From Escherichia coli (GTDB lineage: Bacteria > Pseudomonadota > Gammaproteobacteria > Enterobacterales > Enterobacteriaceae): a DNA stretch of 64,000 nucleotides. The notes below the pieces were generated by a model. The model was not told the origin of the DNA, did not search any database, and saw nothing but the letters and a program-made list of their open reading frames with translations. The stretch lies in NCBI RefSeq assembly GCF_003019035.1, contig NZ_CP027447.1; one strand, given 5' to 3'. Below, piece by piece: positions 49,896-59,247 of this stretch. Made by a program: the position numbers and the translations under genes. Position 1 is the stretch's first letter. Each line of letters opens with the position of its first letter.

Positions 49896-51087
49896 ACTCC
49901 TCCAGCATCTGTTGTCCACTGTAGGCGGCGCGGCTGCGTTGGCTGAACTCAGCCAGCGTGGTACTAAATATCGCCTGCGCGATTTCCGGTTTGCTTAACT
50001 GCACCAGTTTCAGCACCTCTTCTTCGCTGACGGTTTTACCGCCGGATTTTTGCAGCACTTCCCGCGCCGCATCGCTATGGGTGGCAATCACCGGCACGCC
50101 AATTGATAGCGCCTCACACAAAATCAGTGGGTAGTTATCGACGCGAGAACTGAATACCAGCGCATCCATCTGATTGAGCGCGCTCATCAACTTGCGCTTG
50201 TCAGTTTCAAAGCCGTGATTAACCACGTTGCCAGCGGTGAACGGCGAGAACTTACCAAAGGTATGCAGTTCAATTTTGTCGCCCAGCGCCATCATCTCAC
50301 GCACCAGTTGCTGGTTAGTTTTGCCGTCGTAACGCAGATCATGCGCCACCACCGCGATTTTCGGCTTGCCCTGGGTTTCGCGCACCGGAGGCAAGTCCGC
50401 CAGAATCGCTTCGGTTGCCATATCAATGCCATTATTGATAATCCGGCAACGCCCTGGACCGTACAGACTATTGAAAGCATCAGCCACATGCTGGCTGGGG
50501 GAAATAAACTGACAGCCCAGCGCCAGCATCTCACGGAATAACTGGCGTTTGCCCGCCACCAGCTGGTGTGCGCGATCAATCTTCACCGGCGGATAGTTAT
50601 TTAAGGTCGGGCATTTCTGGCAGCCCGTTTTCCAGCCTTCGCAACCGTCGGTAAAGGCGCAGCGCCCGGTAACGCTCCAGTGGTCGTGCAGCGTCCAGAC
50701 CAGAGTGACATCCGGTTTGTGGTTTTTCACCTTTTCGCAAAAGCGCACCACGCTCTTAAGATTTAGCCAGTAGCTGTGCAGCACATGAAAATGCAGGACC
50801 ACCGGACCCGGTGTGCGAGTAATGGTGCGATATAACTCATTGAAATTGCCAAACAGATCGCGATTAAACAGACGAAACAGGGCAATGTTCGCCATCGCGG
50901 TCATCCGCGGCGTATGTTTGATGACATGCGGATAGTTTTGATGGCTGACGCTCTCTTTGCCGCCTTTGCCGTAGCCGTAGACAAAATGTGACGCCAGCCC
51001 CTGTTGCAGCGCACGCTGGTGGAGATCTAACGCCACACCTGCTGCCCCGCCTTCCGCCAGTCGCACATTGAATTGCAGAATATTCAT
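49870..51087 (-). CDS. wcaC: colanic acid biosynthesis glycosyltransferase WcaC
   Basis: 405 aa; conserved order. Confidence 0.85.
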   Translation of the reverse strand: MNILQFNVRLAEGGAAGVALDLHQRALQQGLASHFVYGYGKGGKESVSHQNYPHVIKHTPRMTAMANIALFRLFNRDLFGNFNELYRTITRTPGPVVLHFHVLHSYWLNLKSVVRFCEKVKNHKPDVTLVWTLHDHWSVTGRCAFTDGCEGWKTGCQKCPTLNNYPPVKIDRAHQLVAGKRQLFREMLALGCQFISPSQHVADAFNSLYGPGRCRIINNGIDMATEAILADLPPVRETQGKPKIAVVAHDLRYDGKTNQQLVREMMALGDKIELHTFGKFSPFTAGNVVNHGFETDKRKLMSALNQMDALVFSSRVDNYPLILCEALSIGVPVIATHSDAAREVLQKSGGKTVSEEEVLKLVQLSKPEIAQAIFSTTLAEFSQRSRAAYSGQQMLEEYVNFYQNL

Positions 51088-51572
51088 TTAATTACCTTCA
51101 CTCGCGCTTTTTCTCCCACCACCAGCGCGTTGTCCGGGACAGAGTCGAGCACCACGCTGCCCGCGCCCACGGTGACGTTGTTACCAAGCGTGATATCACC
51201 AAGAATAATGACGTTGGCACCGAGTTCGACGCCGTTGCCAATGTGTGGACATGCCATGTTATCGGCACCACGATTGCCGATAGTGACGCCGTGACGAATG
51301 GTGAAATCATCCCCCGCGACCACGTTTTTATTGATCACCACGGCGTAACCGTGATGGATAGTAAAGCGTCGGCCTATGGTCGCGGCGGCCTGGATTTCAT
51401 AACCGAAAAAGCATTCGGTGATAATGCGATACAGCACCAGCAGCGGGGCCGCCCACAGATTGTTGAGGACGTTCTTTTTGCGCCACACCGAACAAAAATG
51501 AGCGACGCGATAGGCAAGAACCATGCAGCACGGACGTAAACTCCAGCTGTTGGCGCGCAGATCTTCCAGCAT
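51084..51572 (-). CDS. wcaB: colanic acid biosynthesis acetyltransferase WcaB
   Basis: 162 aa, serine-acetyltransferase-like hexapeptide repeats. Confidence 0.85.
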   Translation of the reverse strand: MLEDLRANSWSLRPCCMVLAYRVAHFCSVWRKKNVLNNLWAAPLLVLYRIITECFFGYEIQAAATIGRRFTIHHGYAVVINKNVVAGDDFTIRHGVTIGNRGADNMACPHIGNGVELGANVIILGDITLGNNVTVGAGSVVLDSVPDNALVVGEKARVKVIK

Positions 51573-51574
51573 CT

Positions 51575-52414
51575 TTAGCGCCCCCGAATACCATCAGCCA
51601 GACGTTTGCCGTTACGCACCGACAGCAGCGTCAGCAAAGTGCGCCAGGTCATGCGTTTATTGCGGATCTGGTAGAGGGTAAACAGCTGATATTTTTTGCT
51701 GGCGCGGTCGAATTTGTCTTTGTGCTTGCGGTAAAAGTGGAAGTATCCGGAGAATTTTTTCGGTGACGAGGTGATCTGCATTTCACCATGATTGATATGC
51801 AGGATCTGCGTCGCCTCTTCCACTTTCCACGGTTCGCCGTACTCCACCACCATCCGCAGGAAGATGTCGTAATCCTGTGCCGCTTTCAGTTTGGTATCGA
51901 ACAAGCACTCTTTGAAACGCCACGCCCAGGTAAAGACCTGATTGCCAATGATATTGCGTTTGTAGAACAGGCGGCGTGAATACGGCGATTTGGGATACAG
52001 CGGCAAGCTTGCCGGTTGGGAATAGACTTCGCCCTGGCAAACGTAGTCGTTAGCGTACAAAAAGGCGTGAGTGACCAGTTGCTGTTTATGGGCGAGGAAG
52101 ACGCTCAGGCGGTTGGGTGTCCATTCATCATCATCATCGATCCCGGTGATGTATTCCCCTTGCGCCAGCATAATCGCCTGGTTACGTACCGCGCACGCCC
52201 CGCTGTTAATGTCGTTGTGAATGTAAGTGATACGCGGATCGTTGAGGGCGGTGACGTACTGTTGTAGTTGTTCCCAGGAGGTGGAGCAATCATCCACGAT
52301 GATCATCTCCCAGTTACTGTAGTCCTGGCGCAGGACCGATTTTATCGCCCGAATCGCCAGTTGTTGACGGTTCCAGGTCGGCATATAGATTGAAATCAGC
52401 GGATTGTCTTTCAT
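51575..52414 (-). CDS. wcaA: colanic acid biosynthesis glycosyltransferase WcaA
   Basis: 279 aa GT2-like sequence (ISIYMPTWNR...IVDDCS). Confidence 0.85.
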   Translation of the reverse strand: MKDNPLISIYMPTWNRQQLAIRAIKSVLRQDYSNWEMIIVDDCSTSWEQLQQYVTALNDPRITYIHNDINSGACAVRNQAIMLAQGEYITGIDDDDEWTPNRLSVFLAHKQQLVTHAFLYANDYVCQGEVYSQPASLPLYPKSPYSRRLFYKRNIIGNQVFTWAWRFKECLFDTKLKAAQDYDIFLRMVVEYGEPWKVEEATQILHINHGEMQITSSPKKFSGYFHFYRKHKDKFDRASKKYQLFTLYQIRNKRMTWRTLLTLLSVRNGKRLADGIRGR

Positions 52415-52448
52415 AGGTTGTTCTCCCGGCTTATGAGCTGGTTTGCTT

Positions 52449-52482
52449 GCCGGATGCGGCGTGAACGCCTTATCCGGCCTAC
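52449..52482. repeat. REP (repetitive extragenic palindrome) element between wzc and wcaA
   Basis: GCCGGATGCGGCGTGAACGCCTTATCCGGCCTAC matches the E. coli REP consensus by eye. Confidence 0.5.
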
Positions 52483-52506
52483 GGGGCGGTGCGAATGCAG
52501 GCGTCG

Positions 52507-54669
52507 TTATTTCGCATCCGACTTATATTCGTATTCGTAATAGCCATAATCCTGATACGCGCTGGCGCGGCGGAAGATGGAGTTCAGAATCACCCCTTTC
52601 ACCGGAATACCGTTTTGCTCAAAGCGGCTCAGACTGGTTTCCACTTCTTTCAATGTGTTGACCGCATAACGCGCCACCATTAACGTGGTTCCGACATGAC
52701 GACCAACAATTGCCGCATCGGTCACTGCCAGAATCGGCGGCGTATCAATCAACACCAGGTCGTAGTTTTTACTCGCCCAGTTCACCAGTTCGGCAAAGCG
52801 TTCGCTCATCAACAGTTCAGAAGGATTTGGCGGCACCTGACCGCGCGGGATCAGGTCAAATTTGGCAATAGAGGTCGGTTTAGCAGCGGTAGTAATATCG
52901 CCCTGTCCAATCAGAATTTCCGACAGGCCATTAACGTTATTAGTGCCCAACAGCTCGTGGGTGTAGCCTTTGCGCATATCGCAGTCGATCAACAACACCC
53001 GTTTATTGGTCTGGCTAATCACCGCCGCCAGGTTGGCGCAGACAAAGGTTTTACCGATTGACGGGCTAACCCCGGTCATCATCAACACATTGTTCTGCGC
53101 CTGCATCATCGCGAAGTGCAGACTGGTACGCAGACTACGGATGGCTTCAATCGCCAGATCGGTTGGATTCCCCACCGCCAGTAGCTGGCTCTGTTTATAG
53201 CGTTTAATCCCTTTGATGGTTTTGACGCTATCGCGCGCTTTCTGCCATTCCGACAACGGGATGCTGGCATAGACACTGATACCGTGTTCTTCCAGCACCT
53301 GCGGGCTTTCGATGCCGCGATTAAACAACGAGCGCAGCAGCACACCCACGATAGAGAGCATCAGGCCAAGGATAATCGCGCCGAGGATAATCAGCCCTTT
53401 CTTCGGTTTTAGCACGCCAGGCTGGGTGATTGCCGGGTCAACAATGCGCACATCGCCGACGGTGCTGGCTTCGGTGATTTTCAGCTCCTGCTCTTTATTC
53501 AGCAGTTGCATATAGACCTGTTGACCAGACTCGACATCGCGGGTCAGACGGACAATTTCCTGCTGGGTTTTCGGCATCGCCGTTACGCGACCGTTAAGTT
53601 TGGCTTTTTCGTCTTCCAGCGCCTGCCGTTTCTCCAGCAGCGTGCGGTACGCCGGGTGAACTTTGGTGTACAGCTTGGAGATTTCCGCCTCTTTAAAGGT
53701 CAGTTCGTTCAACTGCGCGTCGATGTTCACCATTGAATCAAGCACCGCTTTCGCTTCCAGCGGCAGATCAACAGAATCTTTATCCTGACGGAAGGCATTC
53801 AGTTTGTTTTCGGCAACATCAAGGCGGCTACGTACTTCCGGTAACTGTTGCGCGAGGAAGGCGAGGCTTTTCGACGCTTCCGCCGATTTGCGCTCAATAT
53901 TTTGCTCCTGATAGTTACGGGCGATACTGTTAAGAATGTCGCGGATCTGTTCGCGATCTTCACCGGTATAAGTCAGGCTCAGTACGCCTGCGTCTTTGCC
54001 GTTCTCCGTTACCGTCAGGCTGTTTTGCAGTTGGTTGATCATCCCCAGCGTGGAGTATTTGGTGACGGTAAACTCACTGCCCGGGCTGGCGTGAATGGCT
54101 TCAACCATCAGCGTGACGCCTTCTTTTTTCAGCATCTGGCCCGCTTGCCCACGGGCGCTAAAGCCGCCATCGCTGCTCAGAGTGTAGTTTTTATCGTCCA
54201 GCACATTAAGCGTAAACACCTGATCCGCCATCTCTTTCGGGCGGTTAAAGATGGTCACTTTTACCGTCTCGTTCTGGCGTCCCATCAGGCGATCCCAGCC
54301 CGCACCGAAAATCGGGAACGTGTTTTTGCTCACTGCAATATCGAGGTCGAGATCGTCCACCGTTTTACCAAGCACCAGACGCGAACGAATCAACTGGATC
54401 TCGGCGTCCGATGCTGGCGGTTTGTTGGCTAATGCCGAACCAATGTCCTGCACTAACGAATTGCCGCTGTTTTGCTCGATTTGTACCAGTGCGTCGGCAC
54501 TATAAATCGGCGTGGCGAAGAAGGTGTAAACCACGGCACAGAGGGCAAATACGGCGGTGATGCCAATTACCCACCAGCGCGCTTCAATGACGGTGCCGAC
54601 CAGGCGACCAATATCGATTTCATCACTGCCCGTTACCGGAGCGGCATGTTGTTTTACTTTTTCTGTCAT
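52507..54669 (-). CDS. wzc: tyrosine autokinase (BY-kinase / PCP-2a co-polymerase)
   Basis: 720 aa from MTEKVKQHAAPV...; Walker A (GVSPSIGKT) and C-terminal Tyr-rich tail (YQDYGYYEYEYKSDAK). Confidence 0.9.
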   Translation of the reverse strand: MTEKVKQHAAPVTGSDEIDIGRLVGTVIEARWWVIGITAVFALCAVVYTFFATPIYSADALVQIEQNSGNSLVQDIGSALANKPPASDAEIQLIRSRLVLGKTVDDLDLDIAVSKNTFPIFGAGWDRLMGRQNETVKVTIFNRPKEMADQVFTLNVLDDKNYTLSSDGGFSARGQAGQMLKKEGVTLMVEAIHASPGSEFTVTKYSTLGMINQLQNSLTVTENGKDAGVLSLTYTGEDREQIRDILNSIARNYQEQNIERKSAEASKSLAFLAQQLPEVRSRLDVAENKLNAFRQDKDSVDLPLEAKAVLDSMVNIDAQLNELTFKEAEISKLYTKVHPAYRTLLEKRQALEDEKAKLNGRVTAMPKTQQEIVRLTRDVESGQQVYMQLLNKEQELKITEASTVGDVRIVDPAITQPGVLKPKKGLIILGAIILGLMLSIVGVLLRSLFNRGIESPQVLEEHGISVYASIPLSEWQKARDSVKTIKGIKRYKQSQLLAVGNPTDLAIEAIRSLRTSLHFAMMQAQNNVLMMTGVSPSIGKTFVCANLAAVISQTNKRVLLIDCDMRKGYTHELLGTNNVNGLSEILIGQGDITTAAKPTSIAKFDLIPRGQVPPNPSELLMSERFAELVNWASKNYDLVLIDTPPILAVTDAAIVGRHVGTTLMVARYAVNTLKEVETSLSRFEQNGIPVKGVILNSIFRRASAYQDYGYYEYEYKSDAK

Positions 54670-54671
54670 TC

Positions 54672-55115
54672 TTATACCTGCTCTGCGTTCAATGCCTGCG
54701 CCCACTGGCGGGCAGACCGTTCAAGTAATGTGTACACCGCTGCAAACGTTTCCCGGCTTTTGCGATACGGATCGGGGATTTCACATTCGTTATCCCAGTG
54801 ACCAAACAGCATCACTTTGCCGCGCATCTCAGGTGCCATCTCGCATAAGCGTTCGATATGGCGCTTTTCCATGGTCAAAATCAGGTCGTAGTTGCGACAC
54901 AGGCGACGGCTGATTTGCCGTGCACAGTGACCTTCCAGAGACAGTTGATGTTCTGCGGCGACGCTGATAGCAGTAGGGTCAGCGCCCTTACCGACCAGCG
55001 CGCCGAGTCCAGCGGACTCCACTTTCAGCTCCGGGTGATAACGTTGCAGTAAGCGTTCCGCCGTCGGGGAACGGCAAATATTGCCGACACAGACAACTAA
55101 GATGTTGTTAAACAT
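54672..55115 (-). CDS. wzb: low-molecular-weight protein-tyrosine phosphatase
   Basis: 147 aa, N-terminal CVGNICRSP P-loop. Confidence 0.9.
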   Translation of the reverse strand: MFNNILVVCVGNICRSPTAERLLQRYHPELKVESAGLGALVGKGADPTAISVAAEHQLSLEGHCARQISRRLCRNYDLILTMEKRHIERLCEMAPEMRGKVMLFGHWDNECEIPDPYRKSRETFAAVYTLLERSARQWAQALNAEQV

Positions 55116-55120
55116 GACGA

Positions 55121-56260
55121 TTACCAGTTATGAATGTCGCTGGCTGTATCCGTCATGTAACGGACACCGCTAATAGTTGGCAGCAACTGATTGATCAGAC
55201 GGTTCCAGCGGGATACCGGTGCGGTGGTGACATACACCACGTCATAAGGTTGCAGGCGGAATTCTGTCGCCATCACCAGCGACGTGGCATCGGACATATC
55301 CAGCTGGTAGATATTGGCAATCTTGCCGTTACGCCCGCCCTCGCCTTTCAACGGACGAATGACAAAGATGCCGCTGGCGTTGGAGGTGGTCATGTCGATG
55401 CCTTCAGCATTACCCAGGGCTTCAGTCAGGGTCATGCCGCTAAAGTCCATTTTCAGGGTGCTCTGTTTCTTCACTTCACCCATCACAAACACTTTCAGAT
55501 CATCATTACGCGGCACGTAGAGAATATCGCCGGGGTAAAGCAGTCGGTTCTGATTGAGGTCGCCGTTTTGCATCAGCGCCTGCAAAGAAATGCGCTCTTC
55601 ACGACCATTGTGTGTTAGCACCACGTTGCGCCAGTCAGCGGTGTCGGTCAGGCCACCTGCGGCGTTGATGGCGTCGAGAATGGTCAGTGGCACGTTGGTG
55701 ATCGCCTGTTGACCGGATTTATTCACCTGACCGGAGATATAGGCTTTTTGCGAGCGGAAGGCGGCGATATTAACGTCCACCTGCGGGTCAGCGATGTACG
55801 TCGCTAAGCGCCCGGTAATATCACTGCGGATTTCAGCGAGCGTTTTCCCCACCACGTGAACTTTGCCGATATACGGGTAGAACATGGTGCCGTCAGGCTG
55901 TACCCAGTTGCCGGTGTCGCTGGAGCTGCGGTACTGACCGGCTGGCGTGGTGAGTTCCGGGTGATCCCAGACGGTGACATTAAGAACGTCTCCCGGCCCG
56001 ACGCGATACTGATAATTCGCGATCTCACTTTCCAGCGTCATATTGGGGCGCGCTACATTCGGGCGTGGGCGTAATTGGTCAATCAGGCGCGGGGTCAGCG
56101 GATAAACATTCACCATTTTGTCGAGATCGAAATCAGCGTCCTGCTGTTTGATGACGTCTTTCCCCATCGTCGACATATTGCTGCCCGGAAGTACTGTGCA
56201 ACCGCTTATCAAGGTTACTGACACCAATAATGGCATCAATTTCATTTTGGATTTCATCAT
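55121..56260 (-). CDS. wza: outer-membrane polysaccharide export lipoprotein (OPX)
   Basis: 379 aa, lipoprotein signal ending in lipobox LISGC. Confidence 0.9.
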   Translation of the reverse strand: MMKSKMKLMPLLVSVTLISGCTVLPGSNMSTMGKDVIKQQDADFDLDKMVNVYPLTPRLIDQLRPRPNVARPNMTLESEIANYQYRVGPGDVLNVTVWDHPELTTPAGQYRSSSDTGNWVQPDGTMFYPYIGKVHVVGKTLAEIRSDITGRLATYIADPQVDVNIAAFRSQKAYISGQVNKSGQQAITNVPLTILDAINAAGGLTDTADWRNVVLTHNGREERISLQALMQNGDLNQNRLLYPGDILYVPRNDDLKVFVMGEVKKQSTLKMDFSGMTLTEALGNAEGIDMTTSNASGIFVIRPLKGEGGRNGKIANIYQLDMSDATSLVMATEFRLQPYDVVYVTTAPVSRWNRLINQLLPTISGVRYMTDTASDIHNW

Positions 56261-56438
56261 TGTTTATTTATCACTTTGGCAGAGTAATTATCCTGTGCAC
56301 TATTAATAGCAATGTCGCCATGCACATTTACCTTGCAGTTAATTGAATAAAAATTTAACTGGCATCAGTCCTAAAAAAATTGATTTCATCCGCAGGCTAT
56401 TGACAGAATAATTCAGACTGGTCTTTCAGGCATCCAGA

Positions 56439-56477
56439 CACGCTACCGCCCCTGGCTTTTTAGCTACCAATACACTG
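56439..56477 (-). promoter_or_regulatory. JUMPstart-like element with ops site (GGCGGTAG) in the colanic acid operon leader
   Basis: CACGCTACCGCCCCTGGCTT on plus, i.e. AAGCCAGGGGCGGTAGCGTG on minus, about 185 bp upstream of the wza start; ops at 56443-56450. Confidence 0.7.
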
Positions 56478-56918
56478 ATTTAGCTTAATTTTTAAAACCC
56501 TCTCAACATACAGTCGTTGATGAGAAAGGGTTATTGCGGAAATTAACTTCCGAATATAAGGTGACATTATGGTAATTGAATATTGGCTCTCCAATAATGC
56601 AGGAGGAAGTGTTACAGCTAACGGAATAGCAGGCAAGGTAACAATTCGGCAATTGGCTATTTTTAAGAATTATATTAAGTGTCATTCAATATGGTTTTTA
56701 GGAGTTTCTTTAGGTTGACAATATTTAATATAGTGTCTCCACATGCGATATTTCTTAAATAATGTTTTATTATTACCACTTTTAATTCAGGGATAATGTG
56801 AGGTTATAAACCTCAAATAATATGAGATAAATAGTGCTGCAACATTGCATTTTTGCCCCGATTTATCCATGATCGAATTGTGACATTTGTCATACAACGA
56901 ATAGGTTTTGTACTTACT

Positions 56919-58502
56919 ATGGAATGGATTGCCGATCCGTCTATCTGGGCCGGGTTAATCACGCTGATTGTGATCGAACTGGTCCTCGGCATTGATAACC
57001 TGGTCTTTATTGCCATCCTCGCCGAAAAACTACCGCCGAAGCAGCGCGACCGCGCACGGGTTACCGGGCTCCTGCTGGCGATGTTAATGCGCCTGTTACT
57101 GCTGGCGTCAATCTCCTGGCTGGTCACCCTGACTCAACCGCTGTTCAGCTTCCGCTCGTTTACCTTTAGCGCCCGCGACTTAATCATGCTGTTTGGTGGT
57201 TTCTTCCTGCTGTTCAAAGCCACGATGGAGCTGAACGAACGGCTGGAGGGGAAAGACAGCAATAACCCCACGCAACGCAAAGGTGCGAAGTTCTGGGGGG
57301 TGGTGACACAAATTGTGGTACTGGACGCCATCTTCTCACTCGACTCGGTGATTACCGCCGTCGGGATGGTCGACCATTTACTGGTCATGATGGCCGCCGT
57401 CGTTATCGCTATTAGCCTGATGTTGATGGCCAGCAAGCCCTTAACGCAATTTGTTAACAGTCACCCGACGATCGTTATTCTCTGCTTAAGCTTCCTGTTG
57501 ATGATTGGCTTTAGCCTGGTGGCAGAAGGTTTCGGCTTCGTCATACCGAAAGGCTACCTGTACGCTGCTATTGGTTTCTCGGTGATGATCGAGGCGCTCA
57601 ATCAGTTGGCTATCTTTAACCGGCGACGTTTTCTTTCCGCTAACCAGACACTGCGCCAGCGGACTACCGAAGCGGTAATGCGCCTGCTTAGCGGGCAAAA
57701 AGAAGATGCGGAACTGGACGCCGAAACCGCGTCCATGCTGGTGGATCATGGTAACCAGCAGATCTTTAATCCGCAGGAACGGCGGATGATTGAGCGGGTA
57801 CTTAATCTTAACCAGCGTACCGTCAGCAGCATTATGACGTCGCGCCACGATATTGAGCATATCGATCTCAACGCGCCGGAAGAAGAAATCCGCCAGTTGC
57901 TGGAGCGAAATCAGCATACGCGGCTGGTGGTTACCGACGGTGATGACGCAGAAGATTTGCTCGGTGTTGTTCACGTTATCGACCTGCTACAACAGTCTCT
58001 GCGCGGCGAACCGCTCAACCTGCGGGTGTTGATTCGCCAGCCGCTGGTGTTCCCGGAAACCTTGCCGTTGTTACCTGCCCTGGAGCAGTTCCGTAATGCC
58101 CGCACGCACTTTGCTTTTGTAGTGGATGAGTTTGGCTCGGTGGAAGGGATTGTGACATTAAGTGACGTCACTGAAACCATTGCCGGTAACTTGCCGAACG
58201 AAGTGGAAGAGATCGACGCCCGCCATGATATTCAGAAAAATGCGGACGGTTCCTGGACGGCGAATGGTCATATGCCGCTGGAAGATCTGGTGCAATATGT
58301 GCCGCTGCCGCTGGATGAAAAACGTGAATATCACACCATTGCCGGGCTATTGATGGAATATTTGCAGCGTATTCCAAAACCTGGCGAAGAAGTTCAGGTG
58401 GGGGATTATTTGCTTAAAACGTTGCAGGTGGAAAGCCATCGCGTGCAGAAGGTGCAAATTATTCCGCTACGTAAGGATGGCGAGATGGAGTACGAGGTGT
58501 GA
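56919..58502 (+). CDS. yegH: TerC-family membrane protein with CBS pair and CorC/HlyC transporter-associated domain
   Basis: 527 aa from [16 protein letters not shown]...; N-terminal multi-pass region, C-terminal CBS/CorC-like region. Confidence 0.8.
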   Translation: MEWIADPSIWAGLITLIVIELVLGIDNLVFIAILAEKLPPKQRDRARVTGLLLAMLMRLLLLASISWLVTLTQPLFSFRSFTFSARDLIMLFGGFFLLFKATMELNERLEGKDSNNPTQRKGAKFWGVVTQIVVLDAIFSLDSVITAVGMVDHLLVMMAAVVIAISLMLMASKPLTQFVNSHPTIVILCLSFLLMIGFSLVAEGFGFVIPKGYLYAAIGFSVMIEALNQLAIFNRRRFLSANQTLRQRTTEAVMRLLSGQKEDAELDAETASMLVDHGNQQIFNPQERRMIERVLNLNQRTVSSIMTSRHDIEHIDLNAPEEEIRQLLERNQHTRLVVTDGDDAEDLLGVVHVIDLLQQSLRGEPLNLRVLIRQPLVFPETLPLLPALEQFRNARTHFAFVVDEFGSVEGIVTLSDVTETIAGNLPNEVEEIDARHDIQKNADGSWTANGHMPLEDLVQYVPLPLDEKREYHTIAGLLMEYLQRIPKPGEEVQVGDYLLKTLQVESHRVQKVQIIPLRKDGEMEYEV

Positions 58503-58510
58503 TAAAACAT

Positions 58511-58545
58511 CAAATGCGCAGGTTCAAACTGCGCATTTGATTTAT
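58511..58545 (+). terminator. rho-independent terminator downstream of yegH
   Basis: CAAATGCGCAG-gttcaaa-CTGCGCATTTG followed by ATTT. Confidence 0.55.
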
Positions 58546-58576
58546 ACAAAATTTAGTATAATCTAAGGATGGAGTA

Positions 58577-58915
58577 ATGAGAAAAAAGCTGGCTTTTCTT
58601 GATACCAGTCTTGACGATTTACGCGCATTTCCAGAATCGTCTCGACAGGAAATTGGCTATCAACTCGACAGGTTCCAACAAGGGTTAAACCCATACGACT
58701 GGAAACCTTTTTCAACTATCGGCCCTGGTGTGCGAGAGATTCGTACTCGCGATGCTGATGGGATCTATCGCGTCATGTATATCGCAAAATTTGAAGAAGC
58801 GGTTTACGTATTGCATTGTTTTCAAAAGAAAACACAGACTACCAGTCAATCGGATGTTGATTTAGCCAAACGACGCTATAAAGAACTTGTTCAGGAGCGG
58901 AAAAATGAAAATTGA
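58577..58915 (+). CDS. type II toxin candidate, RelE/HigB superfamily (phage Gp49-like)
   Basis: 112 aa; upstream-toxin/downstream-antitoxin order; SD AAGGATGGAG and a TATAAT hexamer at 58557-58562; 3' end overlaps the next ORF. Confidence 0.6.
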   Translation: MRKKLAFLDTSLDDLRAFPESSRQEIGYQLDRFQQGLNPYDWKPFSTIGPGVREIRTRDADGIYRVMYIAKFEEAVYVLHCFQKKTQTTSQSDVDLAKRRYKELVQERKNEN

Positions 58916-59195
58916 AACCTTTGATAGTGTGTGGGATGCGGTGAGTGACACCCCTGAACAAGCGGAAAATATGCGGATCCGTGCCGAACTTGTAACGATC
59001 ATTAATAACTGGATTGAACAACAAGGGTTTAGCCAGGCCCAGGCAGCGTCTGCTTTAGGGGTCACTCAACCTCGCATATCTGAACTTGCCAGAGGTAAGA
59101 TCCAGATCTTTAGTATCGATAAATTGATCACCATGATGGCTCATGCAGGATTGCATATTCAACGTATTGAAATTCAATATCCACATGCTGCTTAG
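58905..59195 (+). CDS. XRE-family HTH antitoxin candidate (HigA-like)
   Basis: 96 aa from MKIETFDSVWDAV...; helix-turn-helix segment QAQAASALGVTQPRISELARGK; start overlaps the toxin stop by 11 nt. Confidence 0.6.
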   Translation: MKIETFDSVWDAVSDTPEQAENMRIRAELVTIINNWIEQQGFSQAQAASALGVTQPRISELARGKIQIFSIDKLITMMAHAGLHIQRIEIQYPHAA

Positions 59196-59204
59196 TGCTA
59201 TAAA

Positions 59205-59237
59205 TACAGATGGCGACAAATTGACGCCGCCATCTGC
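59205..59237. terminator. putative bidirectional terminator between the antitoxin gene and asmA
   Basis: palindrome AGATGGCG..CGCCATCT between convergent genes. Confidence 0.4.
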
Positions 59238-59247
59238 ATAACTTGTC

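Noticed and set aside
56660-56680. Possible RcsAB box (TAAGAATTATATTA) upstream of wza
   Set aside because: Matches only about 9 of 14 positions of the RcsAB consensus as I remember it, in an AT-rich region where chance matches are likely; the position relative to the cps promoter could not be verified.
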